The notes: generated by a model not told the origin, from the letters alone. 64,000 bases of DNA from Octopus sinensis (GCF_006345805.1 NC_043017.1:31620001-31684000); one strand, 5' to 3'. Counted from the stretch's first letter, positions 24,391-38,027 are shown. Numbers and translations are program-made.

Positions 24391-24580
24391 ATTCCTGCTT
24401 ATTACTTCTTGATATGAAAATATACATACAATCAATATATATAAAAAAATAATGATAATAATAATGATAATAATTATATATATATATATATATAATAATT
24501 ATATATATATATATTATATTATATATATATATATAATTATATATATATATACATATATATATGTATATGTATGTATGTGT

Positions 24581-24762
24581 ATGCTTTTTTTGTTAAAGTT
24601 GCAAAAACATCTAAAAAATCTGTGACTCAGAGTTTCACGTTCCCGTTTGTCAGATAACTGTGATCAAGACCCTTAATCATAACTACCCGAGGAACGGGAA
24701 CGTGAGACTCTGAGTCACAGTTTTTTTGTGATGTTTGTGCAGTTTTCACAAAAAAAAAGCAT
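24581..24762. mobile_element. Foldback MITE, about 65-bp arms, each with an AP-1 site
   Basis: CTGTGACTCAGAGTTTCACGTTCCCGTT and AACGGGAACGTGAGACTCTGAGTCACAG. Confidence 0.8.
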
Positions 24763-24869
24763 TTCAATCTATCTTCGGTTTTCGATTACTACTTTTACCA
24801 CCTTGTTTTGCATTTATGTGCTTACTTGTGTGTGCGTGTCTATATATATACATACATACATATATATAC

Positions 24870-24917
<48 letters not shown>

Positions 24918-24976
24918 TAGTATCTCAGTTTTCGAATAACTCTGATCACGAATAAATCATGCTATATATATAGAGA

Positions 24977-25111
<135 letters not shown>

Positions 25112-25529
25112 CAGAATGTAGATATAGACATATACACCTTATTTATTCCCACTAAAACCGTACAAGCCTGAACTAAGACTATTTTTGAATTTACTGGAGT
25201 ACATGTTATTGTTTCTGACTTTGAAACTAAATCTTCTGTGCATTACTTCAAATGTCAGTAGCACTGTCCTGTATAGCACGCCACACTTGGTTGGCAATTA
25301 TATGTTACGATATATATATATATATAATACCAGCTAAAGATTTATACATACATGCAGTCGAGTGGTACAGCAACAAAATATGATACAGGAGACGAAAACT
25401 TTAAATAAAAGGGAGATAATTATAATTAAGGATAATGCAAAACATCCGGCCATTGGAAATTTGTGAATTGGTTTAAAGGAAACTAGAAGGTGAAATCATT
25501 TACACGCGCACACCTACGTGTGAATGTAA

Positions 25530-26056
25530 ATATATGTATGTATGTACATATGTATGTATGTATATAGGTATGTATGTACGTATGCATGAATGCATGTATG
25601 TATGTATATATGTATGTATGTATATATGTATGTATGCATGAGTGTGTATGTATATATGTATGAATGTATGTATGTATGTATGCATGAGTGTATGTATGTA
25701 TATATGTATGTATATATGTATGCATCAGTATATATGCGCGTATGTATGTATGTATGTATGTATGCATGAGTGTGTATGTAGATATGTATGCATCAGTATG
25801 TATGTATATATGTATGTATGAGTGTGTGTGTGTGTGTATATATGTATACATCAGTATGTATGCATGTATGTATATATTTATTTATGTATGTATGCATGTA
25901 TGAGTGTGTATGTATATATGTGTGCATGTATGTCTGTCTGTATGTATGCATGAGTGTTATGTATATATGTATGCATCAGTATGTATGCATATATGTACTA
26001 TGTATGCATGAGTGTGTATGTATATATGCATGTATGTATGCATGTATGTATGTGTA
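25530..26056. repeat. Degenerate (TATG)n satellite
   Basis: Direct observation. Confidence 0.9.
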
Positions 26057-27012
26057 AACTGTGATATTCTCAATTTATTTTCTATATATTTTCCTAATAC
26101 ACAATAACATTCATATCAATGCAAAAACTATTTACACAAATGTATTCTGTATAAACACTCGTCGCATTCCGAAGCAGCTGTGTTTGTGTTTGATCAGTTA
26201 CCATCTTACCAACTTAGATGCCAATAACCATCCAGTATTTTTATCTAATGAACAGAGAAATTGTCAGCTTACTGCTTATGTTTTATATTACTTATCAGAC
26301 GAATAGTTTTAAATAAATCTTCCGGAAATAATATTAGTACAATACGGTAAAATTTTTGGATTCAATCCAGCTTTGGACTTACAAAATATCTGGAAACCTG
26401 GCTCCAAACAAACAAACAAACTACAAATACTAACAATTATATTTACCATCCTTGTTCTTATCAGCAGCATCACAGAATGTCAGAAGCCATCACTTGCAAC
26501 GGCATAAATACATCCATCTCATAGGATATACCCAAACTCGCATCCTTACACACATCTACGTACTCATACATACACATACACACAGGTGAATCATAATAAG
26601 AATTACCTGTATGATCTGATCAACATTCACATTCCACAGAGGAGATAAATTAAGTAATGTTAAACGAGCTGCAGACATACTAAGAGGATTTTCAAATACC
26701 ACAATTGGACATCGCAGACGCAAACAACGACATAAATATTTACAAAATACATCAACTTAATCATGGATTATAAAGTTTTACTTGAATCTTCATATTCGCC
26801 AATGAACTACGACAAAGAATTACCAAAACACAGCAGTTTGCATCATCACAGGTTGCGCAAAGACCACACACATTCAAACAAAAACACTAAAATATGTGAA
26901 GGGCACATCAAAAAAAATCAGAACGGAATGTCCGAGCAATGATCTTATTGTCAATTCTGGAAAATACCAAACAGAAAACAAGAAACCATTTCGCGCATAA
27001 AATTAATTGCAA

Positions 27013-30000
27013 CAGTAATAGATTTACTATGCTAACCACGATAATAGATTTACTATGCTAACCATAGTAATAGATTTACTATGCTAACCACAGTAATAGA
27101 TTTACTATACTAACCACTGTAATAGATTTACTATACTAACCACAGTAATAGATTTACTATACTAACCACAGTAATAGATTTACTATACTAACCACAGTAA
27201 TAGATTTACTATACAAATCACAGTAATAGATTTACTATACTAAACACAGAAATAGGTTTACTACACTAACCACAGTAATAGATTTACTATACTAACCACA
27301 GTAATGGATATACTATACTAACCACAGTAATAGATTTACTATATTAACCACAGTAATAGATTTACTATACTAACCACAGTAATAGATTTACTATACTAAC
27401 CACAGTAATATATTTACTATACTAACCACAGTGATACATTTACTATACTAACCACAGTAATAGATTTACTATACTAACCACAGTAATAGATTTACTATAC
27501 TAACCACAGTAATAGATTTACTATACTAACCAAAGTAATAGATTTACTATGCTAACCACAGTAATAGATTTCCTGTACTAACCACAGTGATACATTTACT
27601 ATACTAACCACAGTAATAGATTTACTGTACTAACCACAGTAATAAGTTTACTATACTGACCACAGTAATAGATTTACTATACTAACCACAGTGATACATT
27701 TACTATACTAACCACAGTAATAGATTTACTATGCTAACCACAGTAATAGATTTACTATACTAACCACAGTAATGGATATACTATACTAACCACAGTAATA
27801 GATTTACTATACTAACCACAGTAATAGATTTACTATACTAACCACAGTAATAGATTTATTATACTAACCACAGTAATATATTTACTATACTAACCACAGT
27901 GATACATTTACTATACTAACCACAGTAATAGATTTACTATACTAACCACAGTAATAGATTTACTATACTAACCACAGTAATAGATTTACTATACTAACCA
28001 CAGTAATAGATTTACTATACTAACCACATTGATACATTTACTATACAAACCACAGTAATAGATTTACTATACTAACCACAGTAATAGGTTTACTATACTA
28101 ACCACAGTAATAGATTTACTATACTAACCTCAGTGATACATTTACTATACTAACCACAGTAATAGATTTACTATGCTAACCACACAAATAGATTTACTAT
28201 ACTAACCACAGTAATAAATTTACTATGCTAACCACTGTAATAGATTTACTATACTAACCACAGTAATAGATTCACTATGCTAACCACTGTTATAGATTTA
28301 CTATACTAACAATAGTAATAGATTTACTATGCTAACCACAGTAATAGATTTACTATACTAACCACAGTAATAGATTTACTATACTAACCACAGTAATAGA
28401 TTAACTATGCTAACCACAGTAATAGATATACTATACTAACCACAGTAATAGATTTACTATACTAACCACAGTAATAGATATACTATACTAACCACAGTAA
28501 TAAATTTACTATACTAACCACAGTAATAGATTAACTATGCTAACCACAGTAATAGATTCACTATGCTAACCACAGTCATAGATTTACTATACTAACCACA
28601 GTAATAGATATACTATACTAACCACAGTAATAAATTTACTATACTAACCACAGTAATAGATTTACTATACTAACCACAGTAATAGATTTACTATACTAAC
28701 CACAGTAATAGATTTACTATACTAACCACTGTAATAGATTTACAATGCTAACCACAGTAATAGATTTACTATGATAACCACAGTAATAGATTTACTATAC
28801 TCTCTACAGTAATAGATTTATTATACTAACCACAGTAATAGATTTACTATACTAACCACAGTAATAGATTTACTATACTAACCACAGTGATACATTTACT
28901 AAACTAACCATAGTAATAGATTCACTATACTAAGCACAGTAATAGATTTACTATACTGACCACAGTAATAGATTTACTATACTAACCATAGTCATACATT
29001 TACTATACAAACCATAGTAATAGAGTTACTATACTAAGCACAGTAATAGATTTACTATGCTAACCACAGTAATAGATTTACTATACTAACCACAGTAATA
29101 GATTTACTATACTAACCACAGTAATAGATTTACTGTACTAACCACAGTAATAGATTTACTATGCTAACCACATTAATAGATTTACTATGCTAACCACAGT
29201 AATAGATTTACTATACTAACCACAGTAATAGATTTACTATACTAATCACAGTAATAGATTTACTATACTAAACACAGAAATAGGTTTACTATACTAATCA
29301 CAGTAATAAATTTACTATACTAACCACAGTAATAGATTTACTATACTAACCACAGTAATAGGTTTACTATACTAATCACGGTAATAAATTTACTATACTA
29401 ACCTCAGTAATAGATTTACTATACTAACCACAGTAATAGATTTAATATACTAACCACAGTAATAGATTTAGTATACTAATCACAGTATTAAATTTACTAT
29501 ACTAGCCACAGTAATAGATTTACTATGCTAACCACCGTAATAGATTTACTATGCTAACAACAGTAATAGATCTACTATACTAACCACAGTAATAGATTTA
29601 CTATACTAATCACAGTAATAAATTTACTATACTAACCACAGTAATAGATTTACTATGCTAACCACCGTAATATATTTACTATGCTAACCACAGTAATAGA
29701 TTTACTATACTAACCACAGTAATAGATTTACTATACTAATCACAGTAATAAATTTACTATACTAACCTCAGTAAGAGATTTACTATACTAACCACAGTAA
29801 TAGATTTAATATACTAACCACAGTAATAGATTTACTATACTAATCACAGTAATAAATTTACTATACTAACCACAGTAATAGATTTACTATGCTAACCACC
29901 GTAATAGATTTACTATGCTAACCACAGTAATAGATTTACTATACTAACCACAGTAATAGATTTACTATGCTAACCACCGTAATATATTTACTATGCTAAC

Positions 30001-30992
30001 CACACTAATAGATTTACTATACTAACCACAGTAATAGATTTACTATACTAATCACAGTAATAAATTTACTATACTAACCACAGTAATAGATTTACTATGC
30101 TAACCACCGTAATATAATTACTATGCTAACCACAGTAATAGATTTACTATACTAACAACAGTAATAGATTTACCATACTAACCACAGTAATAGATTTAAT
30201 ATGCTAACCACCGTAATATATTTACTATGCTAACCACAGTAATAGATTTACTATACTAACAACAGTAATAGATTTACTATACTAATCACAGTAATAAATT
30301 TACTATACTAACCTCAGTAATAGATTTACTATACTAACCACAGTAATAGATTTAATATACTAACCACAGTAATAGATTTACTATACTAATCACAGTAATA
30401 CATTTACTATACTAACCACAGTAATAGATTTACTTTGCTAACCACCGTAATATATTTACTATGCTAACCACAGTAATAGATTTACTATACTAACCACAGT
30501 AATAGATTTACTATACTAATCACAGTAATACATTTACTATACTAACCACAGTAATAGATTTACTATGCTAACCACCGTAATATATTTACTATGCTAACCA
30601 CAGTAATAGATTTACTATACTAACCACAGTAATAGATTTACTATACTAATCACAGTAATAAATTTACTATACTAACCACAGTAATAGATTTACTATGCTA
30701 ACCACCGTAATATATTTACTATGCTAACCACAGTAATAGATTTACTATACTAACCACAGTAATGGATTTACTATACTAATCACAGTAATAAATTTACTAT
30801 ACTAACCACAGTAATAGATTTACTATGCTAACCACCGTAATAGATTTACTATGCTAACCACAGTAATAGATTTACTATACTAACCACAGTAATAGATATA
30901 CTATACTAACCACAGTAATAGATTTACTATACTAACCACAGTAATAGATATACCATTCTAACCACAGTAATAAATTTACTATTTTAACCACG
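27013..30992. repeat. 26-bp minisatellite, about 150 copies (AATAGATTTACTATACTAACCACAGT)
   Basis: Uninterrupted tandem array with variant units and 130-bp and 468-bp higher-order periods. Confidence 0.97.
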
Positions 30993-31099
30993 GTTGTATT
31001 CATGACGAAAGAAATCTATCAACAAAGGAGTCTCCAAGCAGTCGTTCAGCCTGCTAGAAATAGCAGTGAAGTTTCTTTAAATTGTCTTTTACATTCTAT

Positions 31100-31775
31100 T
31101 TTTTACTTGCTTCAGTCATTTGACTGCGACCATGCTGGAGTACCACCTTAAAGAATTTTAGTCGAACTTATCGACCCATGTATTTATTAATAATATTTTG
31201 CAAACCTTGATACTCATTTCAACCGTTTCTTTTGCGGAACGCTAAGATACGGAGACGTAAACACACCAACATCGGTTGTCAAGCGGTGATGGGGGACATA
31301 GACACACACTCTCTCTCTCTCTCTCACACACACACTCACACACACACACACACATATATATTACGGGCTTCTTTTAGTTTCCCTCAACCAAATCAACTCA
31401 CAAGGCTTTGGTCAGTCCGATTCAGTCCCACTGCATGGCACCTTGGGTAAAGTCTTCTACTATAGCCCTGGGCCGGCCAAAGCCTTGAGAGTGGATTTGG
31501 TAGACGGAAACTGAAAGAAACCCGTCGTATATATGTATATATATATGTGTGTGTGTGTGTTTGTGTGTTGTGTTTATCCCCACCAACATCGCTTGACAAC
31601 CGATGCTGGTGTGTTTACGTCCTCTTCGGTTAGAGATTCAGCAAAAGAGACCGATACAATAATTACTAGGCTTTCAAAGAATAAGTCCTGGGGTCGATTT
31701 GCTCGACTAAAGGCGCTGCTCCAACATGGCCGCAGTCACATGACTGAAACAAGTAAAAGAGTAAGAGCAAAAAGA
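31100..31775. mobile_element. Two 5'-truncated SINE B copies fused head-to-head
   Basis: Minus copy 31100-31420, plus copy from 31421 (TTCAGTCCCACTG). Confidence 0.8.
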
Positions 31776-32174
31776 GTATAGAATACGATGTTAGACATTT
31801 CATAAATGGAATGGTCACGGCTGGAATATTTCTTATCATAGGTCTACTGAGGCTTTTTGAAGACATGCAATTTTGCAATTTCGTTCGTCATGTATAAGAC
31901 TAAACGACTACTTGATGAAGTCATAAGAATGTTGAACAGAGTATTTCTCGATCTTTATTCCAGCGCTCGGCGTTCGAATCTCACGGAGGTCGATATTTTA
32001 TTTTTTTTTTTTTTGTGTCGTTATAAAACGTATTAATCCAAGTCGATGGACAGGTGGAAAATTGTAATAATATCAGAAATATTAAATTTCTAAATATCTC
32101 ATAGAGATATGTGCGGTTGTGGAGCGATAGAGTGGTTGTATACTGTCAACTTAACGTGACAGTCCCGTAAGGGA

Positions 32175-32468
32175 ATTACATACCGCTATTTAGCCCTAGG
32201 AAGCATCGACGCTTCCTGTCGGCCTTGACACATTTCCTGTGTCCTTATATATATATATTTACGAAGTTTAGACAAATATCTTCAGCTAGCAGGCCTTGCT
32301 ACTCTAGACTGATGATGGGCAAAGACCCTGAACCATGCATGTCTCTAGATGCAGGCCTAGCTATTAGGGGGGGTTGTCTCCCCTTCGTAAATATATATAA
32401 GGACACAGGAAATGTGTCAAGGCCGACAGGATGCGTCGATGCTTCCTGGGGCTAAATAGCGGTGTAAT
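32175..32468. mobile_element. 294-bp foldback element with about 90-bp arms
   Basis: Near-perfect inverted arms; TA|CA...TG|TA-like ends. Confidence 0.85.
32303..32349 (+). ncRNA. Type I hammerhead ribozyme motif (A15.1C in this copy)
   Basis: TCTAGA-CTGATGA-TGGG/CAAAGA/CCCT-GAAC-C-ATGCAT-GTC-TCTAGA. Confidence 0.65.
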
Positions 32469-33147
32469 AATATCGGATCGGGGTATTTGTGGTATTTGTC
32501 TCAATTATTTGCCTTCTAAGTTCAAATCCCGCCATGGCTTATTTGTGAGGGCGACATTTTAAAACACGTCGCTCGGTTTAACATCATCACCTGGCACCTT
32601 GAGTTTTTTTAGCCGGATTCTACTCTGTTGTAACCAGTAGAATCAGGTATCAAGTTCGAAAATACATTTTCCCTACCATCTGACCAAATACAGCCAAATA
32701 GTAGAGGAAATGGAGGAACGCAGTGCCCATGGCTCTAATATGGGTGATCGGCACCGCTTTCACATCTGATCAAGCAAGGTTGTCATCAAAGATGCTCTAG
32801 ATGTGACCATCACGTCCGTTTGTACACCTTATATCAATCTTTTACATTAGTAAGGCATGATTTTAGGGAGATTTAACTGTTATTTCTAGTAACTGAAACG
32901 ATAAATTGTTGGCTCATTCGTTGGCTGCTTTGTGTTGAAGTAGTGTCTAGTGGCCAAATAATCCTGGTGAAAGTTATTGATTACTCTCTGTTCTATTGAT
33001 TATTGATAGAAATCACAGCTACAGTTGGGAATCAGAAATGCACCGAAGACACAGCTGTCGTTAGCATACGAAGACATCCCTCAGAATAATTTATCTGTTA
33101 TTAGACAGAGAAGTATTCAATCCAAATTTAACAAAATTATGTTCATT

Positions 33148-33390
33148 GTGAAGGCACGTGGCCTAGTGGTTAAGTTGTTGTACTAATGATCGCTAGATCG
33201 TGGGTTCGGTTCCCAGACAGGGTAGCGCGTTGTTCTTCATTTCATGTTGCTCCAGCCCCACTTTCGATCAGAGAGAAATGTTGGGTTGCTCACTAGGGTG
33301 GCATCATTAGTAAGCTAAAACAATGCAAAGAGCACTGTGGCCAGCGATGTCTAACATCTGAGAGTCTGGTTGGGGACGCAATCACGCGAT
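33148..33390 (+). mobile_element. SINE family E
   Basis: GTGAAGGCACGTGGCCTAGTGG head. Confidence 0.75.
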
Positions 33391-33472
33391 ATTCATTATA
33401 GAGGTGGGGATTTTGCCAGTTGTTAAATTAATAAATTGGTTGACAGGTATTTAGTTATGAAAGGTGTTTAGA

Positions 33473-33872
33473 AAGGCAGCAAGCTGGCAGAAACGTTAGC
33501 ACGCCGGGCGAAATGCGTAGCCGTATTTCGTCTTCAAATTCCGCCGTGGTCGACTTTGCCTTTCATCCTTTCGGGGTCGACTAAATAAGTACCAGTTATG
33601 CACTGGGGTCGATGTAATTGATTTAATCCGTTTGGCTGTCCTTCTTTGTCCCACCTGTATTTAGCCCCTTGTGGGTAGTAAAGAAATAGGTATTTCGTCT
33701 GCCGTTACATTCTGAGTTCAAATTCCGCCGAGGTCGACTTTGCCTTTCATCCCTTTCGGGGTCGATTAAATAAGTACCAGTTATGCACTGGGGTCGATGT
33801 AATCGACTTAATCCGTTTGTCTGTCCTTGTTTGTACCCTCAATGTTTAGCCCCTTGTAGGTAGTAAAGAAAT
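33473..33872 (+). mobile_element. SINE family A dimer
   Basis: Junction AAAGAAATAGG|TATTTCGTCTGCC; diverged TSD AGGTATT(T/C)AGTTATG. Confidence 0.85.
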
Positions 33873-33899
33873 AGGTATTCAGTTATGTTATGGTTAGAC

Positions 33900-34180
33900 A
33901 CATTACTTTCTGGTTATTGTTAATCAGCGTGTTGTGCCTCTTCAGCAAGACACTTTTTTTCACGTTGCTTCAAGCCACTCAGTTGGCAAAAATTAGTTGC
34001 ACCTGTAGTTCAACAGGACAGCCCTATGACACGCTGAATCTCCCTGAGAACTACCTTAAGAGAACGTGTATCTGTAGAGTTTTCAGCTTACTTGCACGTT
34101 TATTTCATGAGCAGGCTGTCCCGTTGATCGTTGAATCAGCTTGAACGCACGTCGTCCTAAGCGACGGAGGGTTCCTCTTA
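33900..34180 (+). mobile_element. Chimeric SINE (E-like middle, C-like 3' end), diverged
   Basis: CAAGACACTT...TTCACGTTGCT followed by GCAGGCTGTCCCGTTGATCG...CGACGGAG. Confidence 0.55.
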
Positions 34181-34854
34181 TGATTAGGCAAGCAGCAAAA
34201 ATGTTTTAAGAGACCCGTATTGCATCTCCAGCAAGTGCATATATATGTGTACGCTTGTGTTTGAGTGTGTATATTTTATTTGGCGTTTGCTAACAGTCGG
34301 GTCAATATATTTCAACTTTTGTTTGTACAGAGGAAGCCAACGTTTCTATCAGAATGAAGATTTTTTTTTTATAATTTGAAGATAAAAACGCAATTCAAGG
34401 ACAACGGAAATAGAGAAAGGTAAGAAGAATGAGAAAATGTTTAGGAGAGAGAAAAAAAACAATAGAAAAAGGCAGCTGTCGTCGAAGAAAATGTCGTTGA
34501 AGCTAAAAGGAAGAAATCAGAAAGATAAAAACTGGAAAACTGAAAAAATGAGAGCGAACGGTAATGAAATATAGCATGAGTGATGATAAAAAAAAAATTA
34601 AGGAGAGAAAATGGGAAGGAAAAGAATGAAATGCCAGACGGTTTACTGGAAGAGAGGAAAACCATGGGAGAGAGAAAGAGAAAGAGGAGAGAGGTTTTTA
34701 GCCTGTGAAAGAGCGTGGCTTGGTGGTTACCTGTTTCATCTCGTCATTTTTAGACCCTAGTTTCCATTTCTGGACTGGATGGCTCGACGCAATTTTTTCA
34801 CGATGCTCCAATCTGCTCAGTTCTAACGCGTACCAGTTGGCTGTTTGTGCCGCT

Positions 34855-34856
<2 letters not shown>

Positions 34857-34889
<33 letters not shown>

Positions 34890-35208
34890 GCTCTACCTCA
34901 CACGCTCTCTCTCTCACGCTCTCTCTCTCTCTCATGCTCTCTCCCACGCTCTCTCTCTCTCACGCTCTCTCGCACACGCTCTCTTTCTCTCACGTTCTCT
35001 CTCACACGCTCTCTCTCTCTCACGTTCTCTCACTCTCTCACTCTCTCACGCTCTCTCATTCTCTCACGCTCTCTCTCTCACGCTCTCCCACTCTCTCACG
35101 TTCTCCCTTTCTCTCACGCTCTCTCTTTCTCTCACGCTTTCTCTCTCTCACGCTCTCTCTCTCACGCTCTCTCTCTCACGCTCTCTCTCTCACACTGTCT
35201 CTCTTTCA

Positions 35209-35260
<52 letters not shown>
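34857..35260. repeat. (CT)n / (CTCTCTCACG)n composite repeat
   Basis: Direct observation. Confidence 0.95.
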
Positions 35261-35262
<2 letters not shown>

Positions 35263-35611
35263 ACATGTCATATCATCCATGCTTCCCTTGGTTGCAAGTG
35301 AACAGTTTGGGAGAGCAACTATACATCTGACTCCATAGGATTCTAAAACATAAGATTAAGTACAAATGAACAAACGATTAGCAAATCGAAAAGGAGAAAT
35401 GAACAAGGAAGAGCTCTCAGTAGCTGTAGGACCCAGAATCTTGAGGTTTCCGCGTCTTACACTCGCTATACTAAGCACAAGAAAATGCTAATGATTGTAA
35501 GCATCAGTAAATTTGAAGGACAATGCGACATAAACTCTGAAGACTTAAAACTTGGATGTCAGCAACATAGAAGCGAGGCAAAAACTTTCCGGTAACACAT
35601 ACACACATATA

Positions 35612-36020
35612 GGCGCAGGAGTGGCTGTGTGGTAAGTAGCTTGCTAACCAACCACATGGTTCCGGGTTCAGTCGCACTGTGTGGCACCTTGGGCAAGTGT
35701 CTTCTGCTATAGCCCCGGGCTGACCAATGCCTTGTGAGTGGATTTGGTAGACGGAAACTGAAAGAAGCCTATCGTATATATGTATATGTATATATGTGTA
35801 TGTGTGTGTTTGTGTGTCTGTGTTTGTCCCCCTAGCATTGATTGACAACCGATGCTGGTGTGTTTACGTTCCCGTCATCTAGCGGTTCGGCAAAAGGGAC
35901 CGATAGAATAAGTACTGGGCTTACAAAGAATAAGTCCCGGGGTCGATTTGCTCGACTAAAGGCGGTGCTCCAGCATGGCCGCAGTCAAATGACTGAAACA
36001 AGTAAAAGAGTAAAAGAGTA
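35612..36020 (+). mobile_element. SINE family B
   Basis: Full-length copy. Confidence 0.9.
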
Positions 36021-36114
36021 TATATATCTGTCCAAAGAAATTTTTAACCCTATATATACACACCCATTACTCATAGCTTTGTCTACTTCTTGTACCACCG
36101 CTAAAAACGAATTA

Positions 36115-37570
36115 CAATGATAACTCGGAGTACGAGTTTGATTCGTTCCATGACCGAGCTCATTTTGTGATTTACTCGTTTTACAAATCAATTTTCACCT
36201 TTGAAATTAAGTGAAATATAATTAATTCGTTCCAGCCTCACAAAACCATCCCAAAATAATGTTTTTATTCTTTTATTCTTTTATTTGTTTCAGTCATTTG
36301 ACTGCGGCCATGCTAGAGCACCGCCTTTAGTCGAACAAATCGACCCTGGGACTTATTCTTTGTAAGCCCAGTACTTATTCTATCGGTCTCTTTTGCCGAA
36401 CCGCTAAGTGACGGGGACGTAAACACACCAGCATCGGTTGTCAAGCAATGCTAGGGGGACAAACACAGACACACAAACACACACACACACACATATATAT
36501 ATATACATATATACGACAGGCTTCTTTCAGTTTCCGTCTACCAAATCCACTCACAAGGCATTGGTCAGCCCGGGGCTATAGCAGAAGACACTTGCCCAAG
36601 ATGCCACGCAGTGGGACTGAACCCGCAACCATGTGGTTGGTTAGCAAGCTACTTACCACACAGCCACTCCTGCGCCTATGAGTTTTATGAGTTTTAAAAC
36701 AGAAAAAGTGTTGTTAAAGTAAAATGACAATTTTGAAAAAGAGAATGCAAAAGAAATATGTAAACTGGTTTTATTGACTGAATTACCTTTAAAACGGGAC
36801 GAATTTTGGGCGAGGAAGCCGACAGAGAGTGGAGGAGGAGGAGGATTACTGTTTGGAAGGAGAATCTCGTTCCCTTAAGTCTTGACGAAGAATAATTCCT
36901 GGCGTTTGCTCTCTCACTTCGCTTAATTTAGACTTTTGGGACACTCATCTATTTTTACCACTTGCAGGTCATTTCATTCGAAACATATCAAGAGAAAACT
37001 GATTTTTTTCTGCCTTTGAAAATGTTACGAAAATGCGCCAGAGCAGTATCATTAAATAAAGAAGCTGCACGACCTGTGGATACTTTTCCAGGATGATAAT
37101 TTTTCTACAACTTCAGAAACATCCTGCCACTTTGCCATCACTGTCTTTATGTCACTCGAAGACATAGCATTCCCCGCTACACTGTCCTCCTTCGGGGAAC
37201 CAATCTCTTCGACCGCATCCAATTGCTGCTGGTCCCGAAACTGCAAGAGTTCAGCTGTCGCCAACTCCGCTGAGTGTTCCTCAACGGGATCATTAATATC
37301 TCCATCATTAACCTCGAGGCCCAGGGACTTGCCAAGAGACACTATCTTCTCGATTACAGGTGTCTCAGACTCAAACCCTTCGAAATCTTTTTCGGAAACG
37401 CAGTCAGACCACAGATTCTTTCATGCAGAATTCAGCTTTTAAATAATTGGATGAATTCTCCAAACATTTATAATTTCTTGCGGGAACAACTATATTTATT
37501 AAACAAGATTCTCACTCGTACTTTGAATCTTGGTTGAATAAAATGACTTATTTTGCAAGAAATGTAGGAT
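36115..37570 (-). pseudogene. Decayed pogo/Tigger-like transposon interrupted by a SINE B
   Basis: TA|CAATGATAACTCGGAGTACGAG terminus; 37030-37345 minus strand encodes SLGKSLGLEVNDGDINDPVEEH...KWQDVSEVVEK, then YHPGKVSTGRAASLFND after a frameshift. Right end approximate. Confidence 0.75.
36265..36676 (-). mobile_element. SINE family B
   Basis: Full-length copy. Confidence 0.9.
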
Positions 37571-37720
37571 ACTGGAACTTGAACAGATTTCTACAAAAAT
37601 AATTATTGATCTAGCGTTGTCCTCTCGTAATTTCCGTTGCTTAATGATTTATATAAATACACGCAAACACACAGCATATTCATTTATACATACGTACCTT
37701 ACGTTATGAGAAAGGATTCA

Positions 37721-38027
37721 CACCTGATCACGTGACCGACCAGGCTATCAGATGTTGTTACACATCGTTGATCACAATGCGCTTTAAATTGTTTTAATCT
37801 TGAAATGACGCCACTCCGCTAGCTAGGGAGCAAGCTGACATTTCCACAGACACTCCACCACCACTGCCACCACTACCACCAGCACCAGCAACGATCGAAA
37901 GGGGGGGGGCGGAGCAACGGGAAAATAAAGTGTTTTGCTCAAAAACACAACGTACCGCGAAATCAAGGAATCGAACCCACGATCTAGCTATCGTAACCAG
38001 ACTAGCCACTAGGTCACACGCCTTCAC
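37721..38027 (-). mobile_element. SINE family E
   Basis: Head complement CGCCTTCAC; tail GATCACGTGACC. Confidence 0.75.

Noticed and set aside
26700-26990. Possible decayed LINE ORF (AVCIITGCAKTTHIQT)
   Set aside because: A single short motif among many stops; not enough to call.
27013-30992. CRISPR-like array
   Set aside because: Units are contiguous with no unique spacers, and the context is eukaryotic.
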